DNA of 64,000 nucleotides from a virus: IMG/VR virus record IMGVR_UViG_3300032288_003949, positions 16,926 to 80,925 of that record; one strand, 5' to 3'. Shown piece by piece: positions 19,601 to 27,091 of this stretch (position 1 is its first letter; each line of letters starts with the position of its first letter). The notes under the pieces were generated by a model. It saw only the letters and a program-made list of their open reading frames with translations, ran no database searches and was not told where the DNA came from. The position numbers and the translations under genes were made by a program.

Positions 19601-21597
19601 ATGCTGCGGTCTACGACATTTCCGTTCGCGTCCTTTATCGGCGCTTCGACTGCGATCTGGACTTCTCCCGCTTCGTCATAGCCCACATCGATGACCTTGC
19701 CTGAGAAGGGTTCGGTTCTGCCCCCGACTCTGACTGCATCGCCCTTGCTCCATTCCATCTCTGGAAGCTCAATCTCAGGTGTGATCACCGCAGCGCCAGG
19801 ACCACCTGGGTTTACCATGAAGTCAGTTTCCATTTCCCCCTTTGGGCCGCTGCCAAGCTGCTGCAGCATGCCGCGCACAATGTCTTGGGCTCTCGTTTGG
19901 CTTATGCCTTCGGCTTTGGCGACATATTTCGCAAGCTCAGCGATTCGATCTTCAGTTTTCGTGTAGGACATTGAGAGCCTTTCAAGCAGCTCTTTCCGAT
20001 CCTCCACAGGCACTTGACCTGTTTCCAGCACTCGCAGGAGTGCGGCTCTCTGCGGCCTGTATGTGCCTTGAATCCACTGATCGTCTGGGTTCGCGGCTAC
20101 ATGCCGCAGCAGGTCATAGTCGCCGTCAAGGGCTGCCTGCTCAATCGTGACCATGTGCGCGATTTCTTCTGTGAGCGCCTCTTCTAGTGCGAACGCAGTC
20201 CTATTAGTGGGATCGTTGTATTCCGCCATGCTGATTGAGCTCACAGCGTGGGTCATTTCGTGGTTAATCGTTCGCAGCGCGTTGTAGTAGTCCGACAGTT
20301 CGTTCGGTGTCGGTTCCTGTCCGGCTGCCCGCAGGTCACGCACTCGTTCGATGCTGGCTTGCTCCCATTCCCCGATGAAGATGAGCGACGCGCCGTCTTC
20401 GCCTAGGTGTTCGCCACCAACACTTGGCAGGTTTGGTTTCTTCTTGTCCCTTTTCTTCGTTCCCCACACGACTGGCGTAATTTCGCCGCCATACTGCTTC
20501 GCAAGCTCAGTCAGTCTGCTTTGAGCGCGTTCCACGGCGGCTGGTGCGCCCCCGTATTGTGCGGCGGCTGTTGCCATCTTCGCGAGCGGCCCCTTTCCAG
20601 CAGGACTTTTCATCCCATCCTCTAGGTCGGGTGCTGTGATCGTTCTCTGGTTGCCGCGTCCCACCACATTCGGTGCGTCTGCACCCATGAGCCGTCGCAG
20701 GATCTCGGCGAGGCTGACGCGGGGGGCGAAGCCACCACGCTTAGGCATGAACCTTCCGCCCCAAATCGTTCCCTTCGGGTAGCGTCGGTTCCATTGGAGT
20801 TCCATAAGATCTGTCTCGTCGTAGACCTTGGCTTCTGTCAGGTTGTATCTCGCTCGGATCTCTTGAGCACGGGCTTCGGCATCGGTTGTGTCTGGCAGGG
20901 CGGCACCCATGTATCCCATACCGATGGCTTCGTCCCTCGTGAGCAGGTCACATCTGCATCCCGTATGCACGGGCGGATGTGTCACATCCAGAACGCTCCA
21001 CGGCCACCATCCGACGGCTGCCATCGCTACGCAGTCCGGCGTGTGCTCCTTGACATTCGGGCTCATGATCCAGTAGGCCCCATCTGGGCTGAGTTCGCGG
21101 ACCAGTTCCCTGCGGAGCGTGGCTTGGACGCGGGCAGCCACAGCGTCGTCGTGCTGTGCCATGTATCGTTCTTCACGGTCGAAGACTGCATCTACGGCAG
21201 CGAGCGGTAGTGGCTTCTGCAGGGCTTCGGGGATGTCGCGCAGGAGTCGCTCGCGCATCTTGTCGATGAAGGCCGCTTCCCTATCGGCTTCTTTCGCTGC
21301 TTCTTCAGCAATCCGCTGATCTGTGACTTCTTCTTCGGTGAACTCTGGTCTTACCACCTGTTCGATCCATCCCGTGCCGCGCCGGAATGCGACAACGGCA
21401 GCCATCAGCGCAGCTATGAGCGATGCGGTTCTGGCCGACTCAGCGCCCGCTTGCGCCAACTGAGCTTCGCCGGTTGTCTGACCCTTGTCCTTGCGGTTTG
21501 CCAGATTTCCGGCGGCTGCTGCCGCGAGTATGGCTTCTGTGTCGTCCTTGGCGCGGTCAATGGCCTTGCGGCTTCTCTTACTTGCGGACGATGGCAT
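13618..21597 (-). CDS. 2659-aa MuF (head morphogenesis) fusion carrying zincin, ART-like and PI3/4-kinase/HipA-like domains separated by M-[AKR]-S-P motifs
   Basis: MuF motif HTPDC..HPPVHTGCRC; HEMTH..EEALTE; LWRGQ..GWS..REF; LFRGQ..GWS..EKEI; DRHMGN..IDHD; GGSN..VKAY..ANWD..DN..LDQGG; downstream of portal. Confidence 0.9.
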   Translation of the reverse strand: MPSSASKRSRKAIDRAKDDTEAILAAAAAGNLANRKDKGQTTGEAQLAQAGAESARTASLIAALMAAVVAFRRGTGWIEQVVRPEFTEEEVTDQRIAEEAAKEADREAAFIDKMRERLLRDIPEALQKPLPLAAVDAVFDREERYMAQHDDAVAARVQATLRRELVRELSPDGAYWIMSPNVKEHTPDCVAMAAVGWWPWSVLDVTHPPVHTGCRCDLLTRDEAIGMGYMGAALPDTTDAEARAQEIRARYNLTEAKVYDETDLMELQWNRRYPKGTIWGGRFMPKRGGFAPRVSLAEILRRLMGADAPNVVGRGNQRTITAPDLEDGMKSPAGKGPLAKMATAAAQYGGAPAAVERAQSRLTELAKQYGGEITPVVWGTKKRDKKKPNLPSVGGEHLGEDGASLIFIGEWEQASIERVRDLRAAGQEPTPNELSDYYNALRTINHEMTHAVSSISMAEYNDPTNRTAFALEEALTEEIAHMVTIEQAALDGDYDLLRHVAANPDDQWIQGTYRPQRAALLRVLETGQVPVEDRKELLERLSMSYTKTEDRIAELAKYVAKAEGISQTRAQDIVRGMLQQLGSGPKGEMETDFMVNPGGPGAAVITPEIELPEMEWSKGDAVRVGGRTEPFSGKVIDVGYDEAGEVQIAVEAPIKDANGNVVDRSIRYPNMADVKKVGSARKKTLRGKKVTGRLREGDKVRIKAKNGDIQVGTLEKVVAVDNNGFSADVRMQTGQVKRWQDSAVTDIRRAKADTRSRKAPKTTTEKILGGEDRVTPKKVSGPLGYDPRRYSDPKRALIRKVQALQPGNELELADGSVVFRGDKGSALIERPDGTRKRYATPNRLANAESAGIEQRVGPRSMASPMDGDPKDRKSLARQLASDAALDEFKAMASPASYEGSRDDPEHLRRAAAIVQRWQENPDMALKNSSEEEVNALLWEVNNGKIDTYKTEEGLLWRGQAVQHDEPKGNRIRGWSERLETALEFARSGPEVRKRDGTGIRKTSVAGAVDGLDPGDKAIISLYEITGGKGVEIKDLLEQAEMAREAGYEEMRSKIGNENQAEIIREFITSPKGYDVSLPDLDDFEIVYLAERLGIEVPPEGPEREDWILSAQSGSSRAKEIADALVQMFQADGMGAVEEILHDTNADLDGAYNTAERRWIRTEMEARASATGDYSLADPVVNEYEDEAEFIMDGGSLEGYRRIDILLATGDEGPIPTKDGVKYEDNAETWLRAKVREALEDGGYKPEQKVSDEQLTLEQDTLASSLDQDFVPADPDEDTLYDSEGLMRPTAVIAAVLQQDDPNNTEFDGFASHAWNNYYGGGVGPLKAIKNASREDMEQTLSKLQEIRAKAGEGPAGDETLNMREALQRAIDVLSESMDDYFGKPDTKDTETALVATGMASPAVIEPKRAYEGDLFAQLGQHMAYRFDETTFGSAFSGTLEKDLPDIDEAAGKLGWPQELIAAAKKMRQNALDKRMELVEKANRGFGKSMAQAVAAQPLQNFYESPEGAMASPVGPRLRSDEAMLSEVASGMSLDALKDGQGPVENFLRGALNGIGIDPYDIDMDKLTSHADDAEHAPISRLVVGGRGVSPCGLSRRVDFAVHVLLPELLVERYPRVAETLRRTSPRWGWRTGELPTGIGRPTDRELQTERARAELGDAMRSPATYQPAQKHDELVDTGIQAWVGSAKAKPEYQDALDALAWEIENNGESFDGQVLFRGQSRFLPAPSESGYRGWSADPGQGLHFGTHGYSDGSATVTVYVTQNGKGIDVAKRVEAMDKEKSPMNPTTRSIALMEKEIILSPDSIDEQRIVIEVSAEERGKPGYRDRMIRKIQEEAGVMDDVLAADKARFEQAMASPVYRRERTKFKQAVESMKSPNQTPKMNISEQELTDRVVDIAVQYQSGSFYDVASVTAAKVGDTDVLVRPFYNNRDWGSPNAKITVDGHDEAPNLAAEKVADILGVPVASVATRLVGNEESLAALKKVDEGNQQRLADNPTNPRTRNVVVDVGGERGYLQEIDWDNNLATFRSLEGQQEREISLDQVRIPELIQQELKVNGERLPTVAGSGVLDLQEDETRNSPAFQNLAILDDIIGNTDRHMGNLLVHKQYETIPNTVFYAIDHDLSFGSGERYEKIRERELGYTDGTGATLVQSLPATLSDSQREAVTRIATDTDFHDELKNIIPVDSPSREVWNQRVDEMVQRAQRLLGTGSMASPVEMASPMASPNIFNLLKGNKGKEDDLGRSMLEAPPEPVEGIPEYTDVELQDIKGAGGSNDARIAEDPDGNKWLVKAYRGDSDRVATELLANAIYRDLGVTVSNAGVGISRHPTYGDQIAVTYPLVDGEQRRWSEPNADLAEGFVADALLANWDVIGLTQDNILWNGDQPVRLDQGGTLEFRAQGERKSFGSVPTELWTMQSGRGQANGRMEITEAGMQAGAKDAALRLTPERIDELVDAAPFKDEAMRERIRTSLKERVAWLERFSRGEEGIPEPLQGDEITDYFEQREFPSLPEEDLAMEAYLGDDRTAIDDHLRSGAPKEEATEEIADTIATLDELFRSPMSKTDEDMTAWAVLPEPLENPEDLEGEWMADKSYLPLQTDFAPTPGVVAVKVQIPAGSSVVMPAAEGLDAPDGALLMGRNTKLQIQAVLQENGAVILQAVSVPR

Positions 21598-21691
21598 CTC
21601 TGCCTATGGTAATGCCGAATACAGCGGCTCCCTTGAACCTGTCTGCCGGTGCTGCTACTATGTGTCGCACAGTAATCGTAAGGAGGAAATC

Positions 21692-21841
21692 ATGGGACCA
21701 GATTGGTATTTCGATGCGTCTGAGAGGGCAGTGGAGAACCACGACCCCGACAACTACGACGGGCGCGAGTGGGAAGAGCTGACGGACGAGGAGAAGGACG
21801 AGGCCACGATGGACCGAATCACGGATCTCGCCGATGCCTGA
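21692..21841 (+). CDS. Small acidic hypothetical protein
   Basis: TTGAAC-17-TACTAT promoter and AAGGAGG RBS. Confidence 0.7.
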   Translation: MGPDWYFDASERAVENHDPDNYDGREWEELTDEEKDEATMDRITDLADA

Positions 21842-22019
21842 TCACACCTTGCTCGTCAAGCTCGGCCCAGATTCCTACGGCGTGTATGCCGTAGGGCATC
21901 CCTTTGCTCAGGGGCCTTATGGCACTCCGCTGCTGTTTCGCGGCACCTTTCTTGAGTGCCAAACCTTCCAGCGCACCTACCGCAAGCCGGAAGATCCCAG
22001 CGAGCAGGCGGCTGCCTGA
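21834..22019 (+). CDS. Hypothetical protein
   Basis: Overlap coupling. Confidence 0.6.
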   Translation: MPDHTLLVKLGPDSYGVYAVGHPFAQGPYGTPLLFRGTFLECQTFQRTYRKPEDPSEQAAA

Positions 22020-22222
22020 TGGGTGATCTGCTAATCGTCGCGTTTCTGTTCGTGCTGGGTGCTGCCATCGGGTATGTAACCATCGGCGCTGCGCTGTTCG
22101 TGGTGGCCCTGCCGACCCTTCTGTTCGCCGACGCTGGCGATGTGTGGTATTGGACTTCCAACATCGGCGGCGTGTGTGGCGCGTTGGTCGCGGTCGCCTT
22201 CACTTGGGACATGTGGTGGTAA
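22019..22222 (+). CDS. Small membrane protein
   Basis: MGDLLIVAFLFVLGAAIG.., hydrophobic; TGATG coupling. Confidence 0.65.
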   Translation: MGDLLIVAFLFVLGAAIGYVTIGAALFVVALPTLLFADAGDVWYWTSNIGGVCGALVAVAFTWDMWW

Positions 22223-22482
22223 TGGCCAATCCCGTGACATTCGCTCATCCGACCTTCCGCAACCTGCGGCCCGATTCGGATCCGCCCGCTCAGGTGGCCG
22301 AATGCTCCTGCCTGCGCGATGAGATGCTCGCGGATCCTTGGATCGACCGTGTCACGACGCAGCTTCCCAAGCGGGGCGGGGCTGCTGTTGTGGTGGGCTG
22401 GCAGAAGGAGGGTTCGCGGAATGTTCCTGTGTCTGGCCCGTATTTCGTCACCGAAGACGGTCAGCGTCAGGTGGTCAAATAG
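22222..22482 (+). CDS. Hypothetical protein
   Basis: TAATG coupling. Confidence 0.6.
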   Translation: MANPVTFAHPTFRNLRPDSDPPAQVAECSCLRDEMLADPWIDRVTTQLPKRGGAAVVVGWQKEGSRNVPVSGPYFVTEDGQRQVVK

Positions 22483-22608
22483 TCCGATGTGTGCTGCTGT
22501 TACGCTTCGGCGATGCGAAGGAGGAAACATGGTAATTGTTGATTCACTCATTGTCGTGGGGCTGCTCGCTGCGTATGCCCTATTTCTCGTTGGAATGGGA
22601 GGTCGCTG

Positions 22609-22902
22609 ATGAATGCTGTCACGGATCTGGCTTGGGCGAGTGATGTTGAAGGCCCGTTCGTCGTGTTGTTGAAGAACGGGAAGCAGCAGGTGATTGAGTC
22701 CATCGATGGCGGAGGCATGATGCTCGGCGATGAGCCAGATGCTTCTTACGAGGTTCATGCAACCGATGCCGACGGCGATCCGATCACGATCCTGCAAGCC
22801 ATGATTGCGGCTGTGATCCAGCAGTCGTCGGGCGAGCAGGTGGAGTTTGGGAATCCGCTAATGGCCACTCATGTTGGTCATCCGCGAGGGACTCGTGGAT
22901 AG
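22609..22902 (+). CDS. Hypothetical protein
   Basis: GGAGG RBS. Confidence 0.65.
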   Translation: MNAVTDLAWASDVEGPFVVLLKNGKQQVIESIDGGGMMLGDEPDASYEVHATDADGDPITILQAMIAAVIQQSSGEQVEFGNPLMATHVGHPRGTRG

Positions 22903-23158
22903 CATCCGCCGAAAGCTCTCTGCGGATTCGCGGCGGATCCTTCGTCGGTTCAGCGCGGATCCGTTGGAGCGGAATCTGCGCACCCAGGACGAGCTTTCCG
23001 ATGCTGTCGCTCTGTCTGCATTCTGGCCTGCGCTCAACACCCTGATGAGTCTCAATCTCGTCCAGTCTGTCAAGAATGGGTATGCGCTCACCACCAAGGG
23101 CTACGAGGCTTTGGAGGACTTGTCGCGGGAGCGCACCGACCTGCCTTGGGGTCGCTAA
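22895..23158 (+). CDS. Winged-helix-like protein
   Basis: LNTLMSLNLVQ..GYALTTKGYEAL resembles a wHTH wing. Confidence 0.55.
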   Translation: MDSIRRKLSADSRRILRRFSADPLERNLRTQDELSDAVALSAFWPALNTLMSLNLVQSVKNGYALTTKGYEALEDLSRERTDLPWGR

Positions 23159-23209
23159 GAGAGAAGCCGCCATTCGGCGACTCTCCCTGTTCTAGGTCGA
23201 CCCTTCGCT

Positions 23210-23581
23210 TTAGTCGGCCTGAAACATCTTCTTGAGGACGGACACCGAAGCCTTTTCGGTTTCGGCTTCCTGCATGTCCTCGTTCGGCTCCTCGGGCTTG
23301 GGCGGAGCTGCTACGCCGCCTGTCGCCACCTGACCCTTCTGGTCACGGTCGATCAGACCGTAGGTGCCAGGACAGGTGCGAATGAACACCTCTCCGTTCT
23401 TCGCAGCCACGCTGAGCTGCGCCTGCATTGTGGCTGCCGGAGTCTTTCCGGTTGCCTTGATGATCCCCCTGCTGAGGGCTGCTGCTGTGATGTCGGAGGC
23501 CCGCATCGGCCCGCCATTCTCGGCGAGTATCCGCTCGGCTGCCTTCTTCATCGTCATTGGCTTTTCGATTGTCGCTTCCAT
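23210..23581 (-). CDS. HARE-HTH (RNAP delta N-terminal-like) winged-helix protein
   Basis: TMKKAAERILAENGGPMRASDI..GKTPAATMQAQL..F.R..PGTYGL; acidic tail. Confidence 0.8.
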   Translation of the reverse strand: MEATIEKPMTMKKAAERILAENGGPMRASDITAAALSRGIIKATGKTPAATMQAQLSVAAKNGEVFIRTCPGTYGLIDRDQKGQVATGGVAAPPKPEEPNEDMQEAETEKASVSVLKKMFQAD

Positions 23582-23772
23582 GACACCCCCTTTCGGTCAC
23601 GACTGTCGCTACACCGTTGCACACCCATGCTCCCAATGTCAAGCGGCTCTATCTGCTATGCTTCGTAGCGCAAGCAATCTGACCAAGGAGAAACTATGGG
23701 TGGCGTAATCGAAGCTGTTCTGATGGTGATTGGGGTTCTGCTCGGCCTGCTTTGGGCGGTTTGGAGCCGAGC

Positions 23773-24060
23773 ATGAGTTCGGCGGGCAAAACAATCTGGC
23801 TCTGCGTTGTCACGGAGGAATCCTTCAAGGACGGCGAGCAGTGGGTGCAGCTACTCGGCGAGTATTACGGCAAGGATGCTTACGACGCGATGCGCTGGGC
23901 TGTCAAGGGGCTGGAGCAGGATCTGATCGACCCTGTTGACGGTCGCGAGATCGTGTTCAAGACCCGCGAAGAGCCTGCCGGTTATCTCGGAATCGGTGTC
24001 AGGGAAGTCGCAGAGTATGTCGCTGAGGAGTTGCGGCCTGATATCAAGGACGAGGACTAG
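23773..24060 (+). CDS. Hypothetical protein
   Basis: GGAG RBS; shares 36-bp segment with 7043..7477. Confidence 0.65.
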   Translation: MSSAGKTIWLCVVTEESFKDGEQWVQLLGEYYGKDAYDAMRWAVKGLEQDLIDPVDGREIVFKTREEPAGYLGIGVREVAEYVAEELRPDIKDED

Positions 24061-26102
24061 GAGTAGTCGTCGCGGATTGGGTCGGCTGCGTCGCGGAGGG
24101 CCTTCTTTGCCTTCTTGCGGCGCTTGCGTAGCTGCTCTCTCGCCTCTGGTGACAACCGCTTGGCGGCTCCTGTCTCTTGCGGCAGGTCAGCGCGGGTTGC
24201 CGCTTCCATAGCCTGCTCAGGTGGCGGGGATCCCGTCGGTGCCGCTTCTGCTTCTCCTGTCGGGATCGGTGCGGGCGGCACGGGCGGGTTCTCAGGCGGC
24301 GGGGCTTCTTCTCCCATTCCCATCCCACCCTGCTGGGCCTGCAGTGCCGCCATCGCCGGATCTTCATAACCTGGCGGGTAGACCTTCTCAACAACCTGTG
24401 CGGGGTCTTCCATTTCCAGTCCTTCGCCCAGTGCTACGGCCAGAAGTGTGCGGCTGAGCTCTAGGTTCGTGCCGTTCGGGTCGAAGGTTCTAGCGATTGT
24501 GGAGACAGAGTTCACGAGGTCGCTCATCATTCGCCTGAGCGGGTTCGGAAGGCCGAAGTCGTAGCTCAGATCGCGCTTCCGTTCTTCTAGCTCGGCTTCT
24601 TCAGACTTCGGGGCTTCGGGCGCTCCGAGTTCTGTGGCAGCGTCCATCTCGGCTTCTTGGACAGGTGTCAGCGGGGTTCCGCCGACCGATTCCATGCCTG
24701 TAGCCTCTGGCGGTGCCTCTGAGGTTCCTTCCTTTTCCATCTCCTTCTGCTTCTCGGCCCATTCTTCGTCGTCTAGCACTTCGCCGATGCGCCCTGCCTT
24801 GACCGCTTCTTCGATTACGCGGTCGATGAACCATCTGAATAGCTGTTCGAAGACTTCCTGTCTGCTTTCGACGGCCTTGAGCACGGGAAGCTCCATGCTG
24901 GTCGCGGTAGCGAGGTTCGCTGATCCGATGTCTCCGAGATAGTGCTGCGGGAAGTGAGTTGCGGCGCTGATCTGACTCCGAATCATCTGGCCGTCGACAT
25001 TCGCTCCGGCGGATCCCGAGTCCAGCTTGAAGGATTCGTGTTCTACGCCTTCATTCTCGGTGATGACCGATGCGCTGCGCGGGCCGATCAGATAGTCCTC
25101 GCCCGATGTGTCGACGGTGCGGCCTAGCTCTCCCCGCTTGGACAACACCTGTGTGGCGAGTTTCCGCACCTGATTCGGCGTTCCCTTAATCTTCCGTTTC
25201 ATGACAAACGCTGCCGCTGCCTTGGCCGCGTCGACCCGCGACTCCATCAGCGAATTGAATGCATTGGACCAGCGTAGGACTCGGTGCATGGTCGGGTGGC
25301 CGAATGCCATCTCGCCAGTCTTGTTAATGGCGATGTGGTAGACCCGACCCTTGCCCATCTTGTTGGCGGGCGGCTTCATACCGCGTCCATTGGGCTCGTT
25401 GCTCCAGTGCTGGTAGTAGAGGATCCGCTCGCCGCGAAGTCTGTCCAGATCTGCGTCGTAGGCTGGGACATCGTTCTGGTAGTCCCACTTAATGTGTTTC
25501 CGGCGGCTCACATAGTAGATGATCCTGCGCCGGTTCTCTGGGTCGCGCACCACATTCTCCACGGAGTCGTGGTCAAGCATGCCGAGCTTTACGCGCCCGT
25601 CTTGCCCTGTGAACATGAGCACGAAGAGGTTGCTCTGGAGCGATAGGTCGGTTCCGAGTGCCATCTGCGCTGGGTAGCTGGTCAGAATCAGCTGATTGTC
25701 TTCGTCATTCCACGCTTCGTCGATGATCTCCTGAACCTTGGGATCCCTAGCCTTCGGCGATGGCACTCCGCGACCGAGGGTGAAGTCGTTCATGAGATCG
25801 ACGGCTGCTCCTAGCTGCGGATCCTGCTGCCATGCGACGCGGGACTGCTGCACGAGCTTCCGGCGCTGCACGGCCTGCATGTCCTGCTCGTTTCCGCCGA
25901 GGTAGTCAAGGCTCTGCCACGCCAGCAGGTCAAGCTCCTTGCGGAGCGTCCGGCGTTCTATAGCTTCGGCTTCAAGCAGGTCAAGCTTCTCGTCTTCGAC
26001 TACCCTCGCGCCCGAGCGCGTTGCCGCTGCTTCGGCTATCCGACGGAAGATGCCGCCGCTCTCAGAGCTTTCGGCTCCTAGATCTGTCGGATCATCTGAC
26101 AA
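24057..26102 (-). CDS. Portal protein
   Basis: 681 aa between TerL and MuF; GD..SANLATATSMELP motif, helical, acidic Pro-rich C-tail. Confidence 0.8.
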   Translation of the reverse strand: MSDDPTDLGAESSESGGIFRRIAEAAATRSGARVVEDEKLDLLEAEAIERRTLRKELDLLAWQSLDYLGGNEQDMQAVQRRKLVQQSRVAWQQDPQLGAAVDLMNDFTLGRGVPSPKARDPKVQEIIDEAWNDEDNQLILTSYPAQMALGTDLSLQSNLFVLMFTGQDGRVKLGMLDHDSVENVVRDPENRRRIIYYVSRRKHIKWDYQNDVPAYDADLDRLRGERILYYQHWSNEPNGRGMKPPANKMGKGRVYHIAINKTGEMAFGHPTMHRVLRWSNAFNSLMESRVDAAKAAAAFVMKRKIKGTPNQVRKLATQVLSKRGELGRTVDTSGEDYLIGPRSASVITENEGVEHESFKLDSGSAGANVDGQMIRSQISAATHFPQHYLGDIGSANLATATSMELPVLKAVESRQEVFEQLFRWFIDRVIEEAVKAGRIGEVLDDEEWAEKQKEMEKEGTSEAPPEATGMESVGGTPLTPVQEAEMDAATELGAPEAPKSEEAELEERKRDLSYDFGLPNPLRRMMSDLVNSVSTIARTFDPNGTNLELSRTLLAVALGEGLEMEDPAQVVEKVYPPGYEDPAMAALQAQQGGMGMGEEAPPPENPPVPPAPIPTGEAEAAPTGSPPPEQAMEAATRADLPQETGAAKRLSPEAREQLRKRRKKAKKALRDAADPIRDDYS

Positions 26103-26430
26103 TGTCTTCTCCTACCTCTGCCGCGTCGCGCAGGATGGCACTTGCTTCCCGATAAGCGCCGCAGGCCCTTTCGCTGTTCGGAATCTTCTCGGTCTTGGCA
26201 CATACTCTGTCCAGCAGGTCGGCGCTGGTGTGTAGGAGCATCGTGCGGGGCTGAAAGTCGGCGTTCTCTTGGCGCTCTTGGGCTCGTCCTTCTTCAAGAC
26301 CGCGCTCGTAGTTCCGGCGCACGAGTTCCCGCACCATTCTGGTCTGCTCCTTGTCGGTGATGCCGGTTTCGCGAGCTATCCGGCGGGCATCTGCTGCTAC
26401 TCTGCGATTATTTGTCGTCATGGTCGACAT
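26092..26430 (-). CDS. Hypothetical protein
   Basis: ORF track; overlaps portal start. Confidence 0.6.
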   Translation of the reverse strand: MSTMTTNNRRVAADARRIARETGITDKEQTRMVRELVRRNYERGLEEGRAQERQENADFQPRTMLLHTSADLLDRVCAKTEKIPNSERACGAYREASAILRDAAEVGEDIVR

Positions 26431-26605
26431 TTTCCGGCGTTACCACCTTGTAGCCGAGCAGGTCTGCGTCGCCCATCTCCAGTTCTTCCCCGTTGCGGAC
26501 ATTCTCCACGAGCACCGAGTCCCTGCTGGTGCGTTCGATCACCCATAGAAGCCTGCGCCCATCCGTGAGGTAGGTTCCAGGCAGATGGCTGGGTATTTCT
26601 TGCAA
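26408..26605 (-). CDS. Hypothetical small beta protein
   Basis: ORF track; start uncertain. Confidence 0.45.
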   Translation of the reverse strand: MQEIPSHLPGTYLTDGRRLLWVIERTSRDSVLVENVRNGEELEMGDADLLGYKVVTPENVDHDDK

Positions 26606-26925
26606 TCGGTATCACCTTGGTCTTGCTTCCGTCGGACTCGTTGCCTTTATCTCGTCGTGGAGTTCTCTTGCTTTGCGTTCTGCGATTGCCCGCTTTTCCC
26701 TTCGCCATATCGGACATCCGATGTATTTTCCGGCGCAGAAGGATTTCAGGCTTCTGGAGTTTTCTGATGCTGTGATTGTCTCGCGGGTTATGCGGCACCT
26801 GCAGGCCGGACCTTGGATCGTTTCCTGCACAAGCTCTCCCGCTGGGCAGCGAATGATGTTCGGGTCAAGATTCACTTGGTCAAGTGTAATCCCTGAAACG
26901 GCGGAGTCGGGGTCTAGGGTTTGGG

Positions 26926-26998
26926 TGCGGCGTGGGGAAGTTGGTATCCCGCTAGTCTCATCGGCTAGAGATCGCAGGTTCGAGTCCTGTCGCCGCCA
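26926..26998 (+). tRNA. tRNA with CAU anticodon (Met/fMet/Ile2), atypical
   Basis: Cloverleaf: acceptor TGCGGCG/CGCCGCC, D-arm GGGA/TCCC, anticodon stem CTAGT/GCTAG with loop CT-CAT-CG, T-arm GCAGG-TTCGAGT-CCTGT; no encoded CCA. Confidence 0.85.
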
Positions 26999-27029
26999 TT
27001 TCGCTCTACTGTGCGGTTTCCTTCTCCGT

Positions 27030-27086
27030 GCTACATTCCATCGCAGGTATGTGCTACTGTGTGTAGCGCAATCCACGAAGAGGAGG
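27030..27086 (+). promoter_or_regulatory. Extended -10 promoter with two operator-like palindromes and RBS
   Basis: GCTACATTCCATCGC 27030-44; TGcTACTGT 27052-60; GCTACTGTGTGTAGC 27053-67; AGGAGG. Confidence 0.7.
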
Positions 27087-27091
27087 ATCGT

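Noticed and set aside
11895-20613. MASP copies as DNA repeats or internal translation starts
   Set aside because: Codons differ between most copies, so they are not a DNA repeat. No consistent Shine-Dalgarno was evident at the copies I inspected. Internal initiation is disfavoured but not excluded without ribosome profiling.
26926-26998. tRNA as prophage attachment site
   Set aside because: Phage genes lie on both sides, and no integrase or duplicated 3' end was seen.
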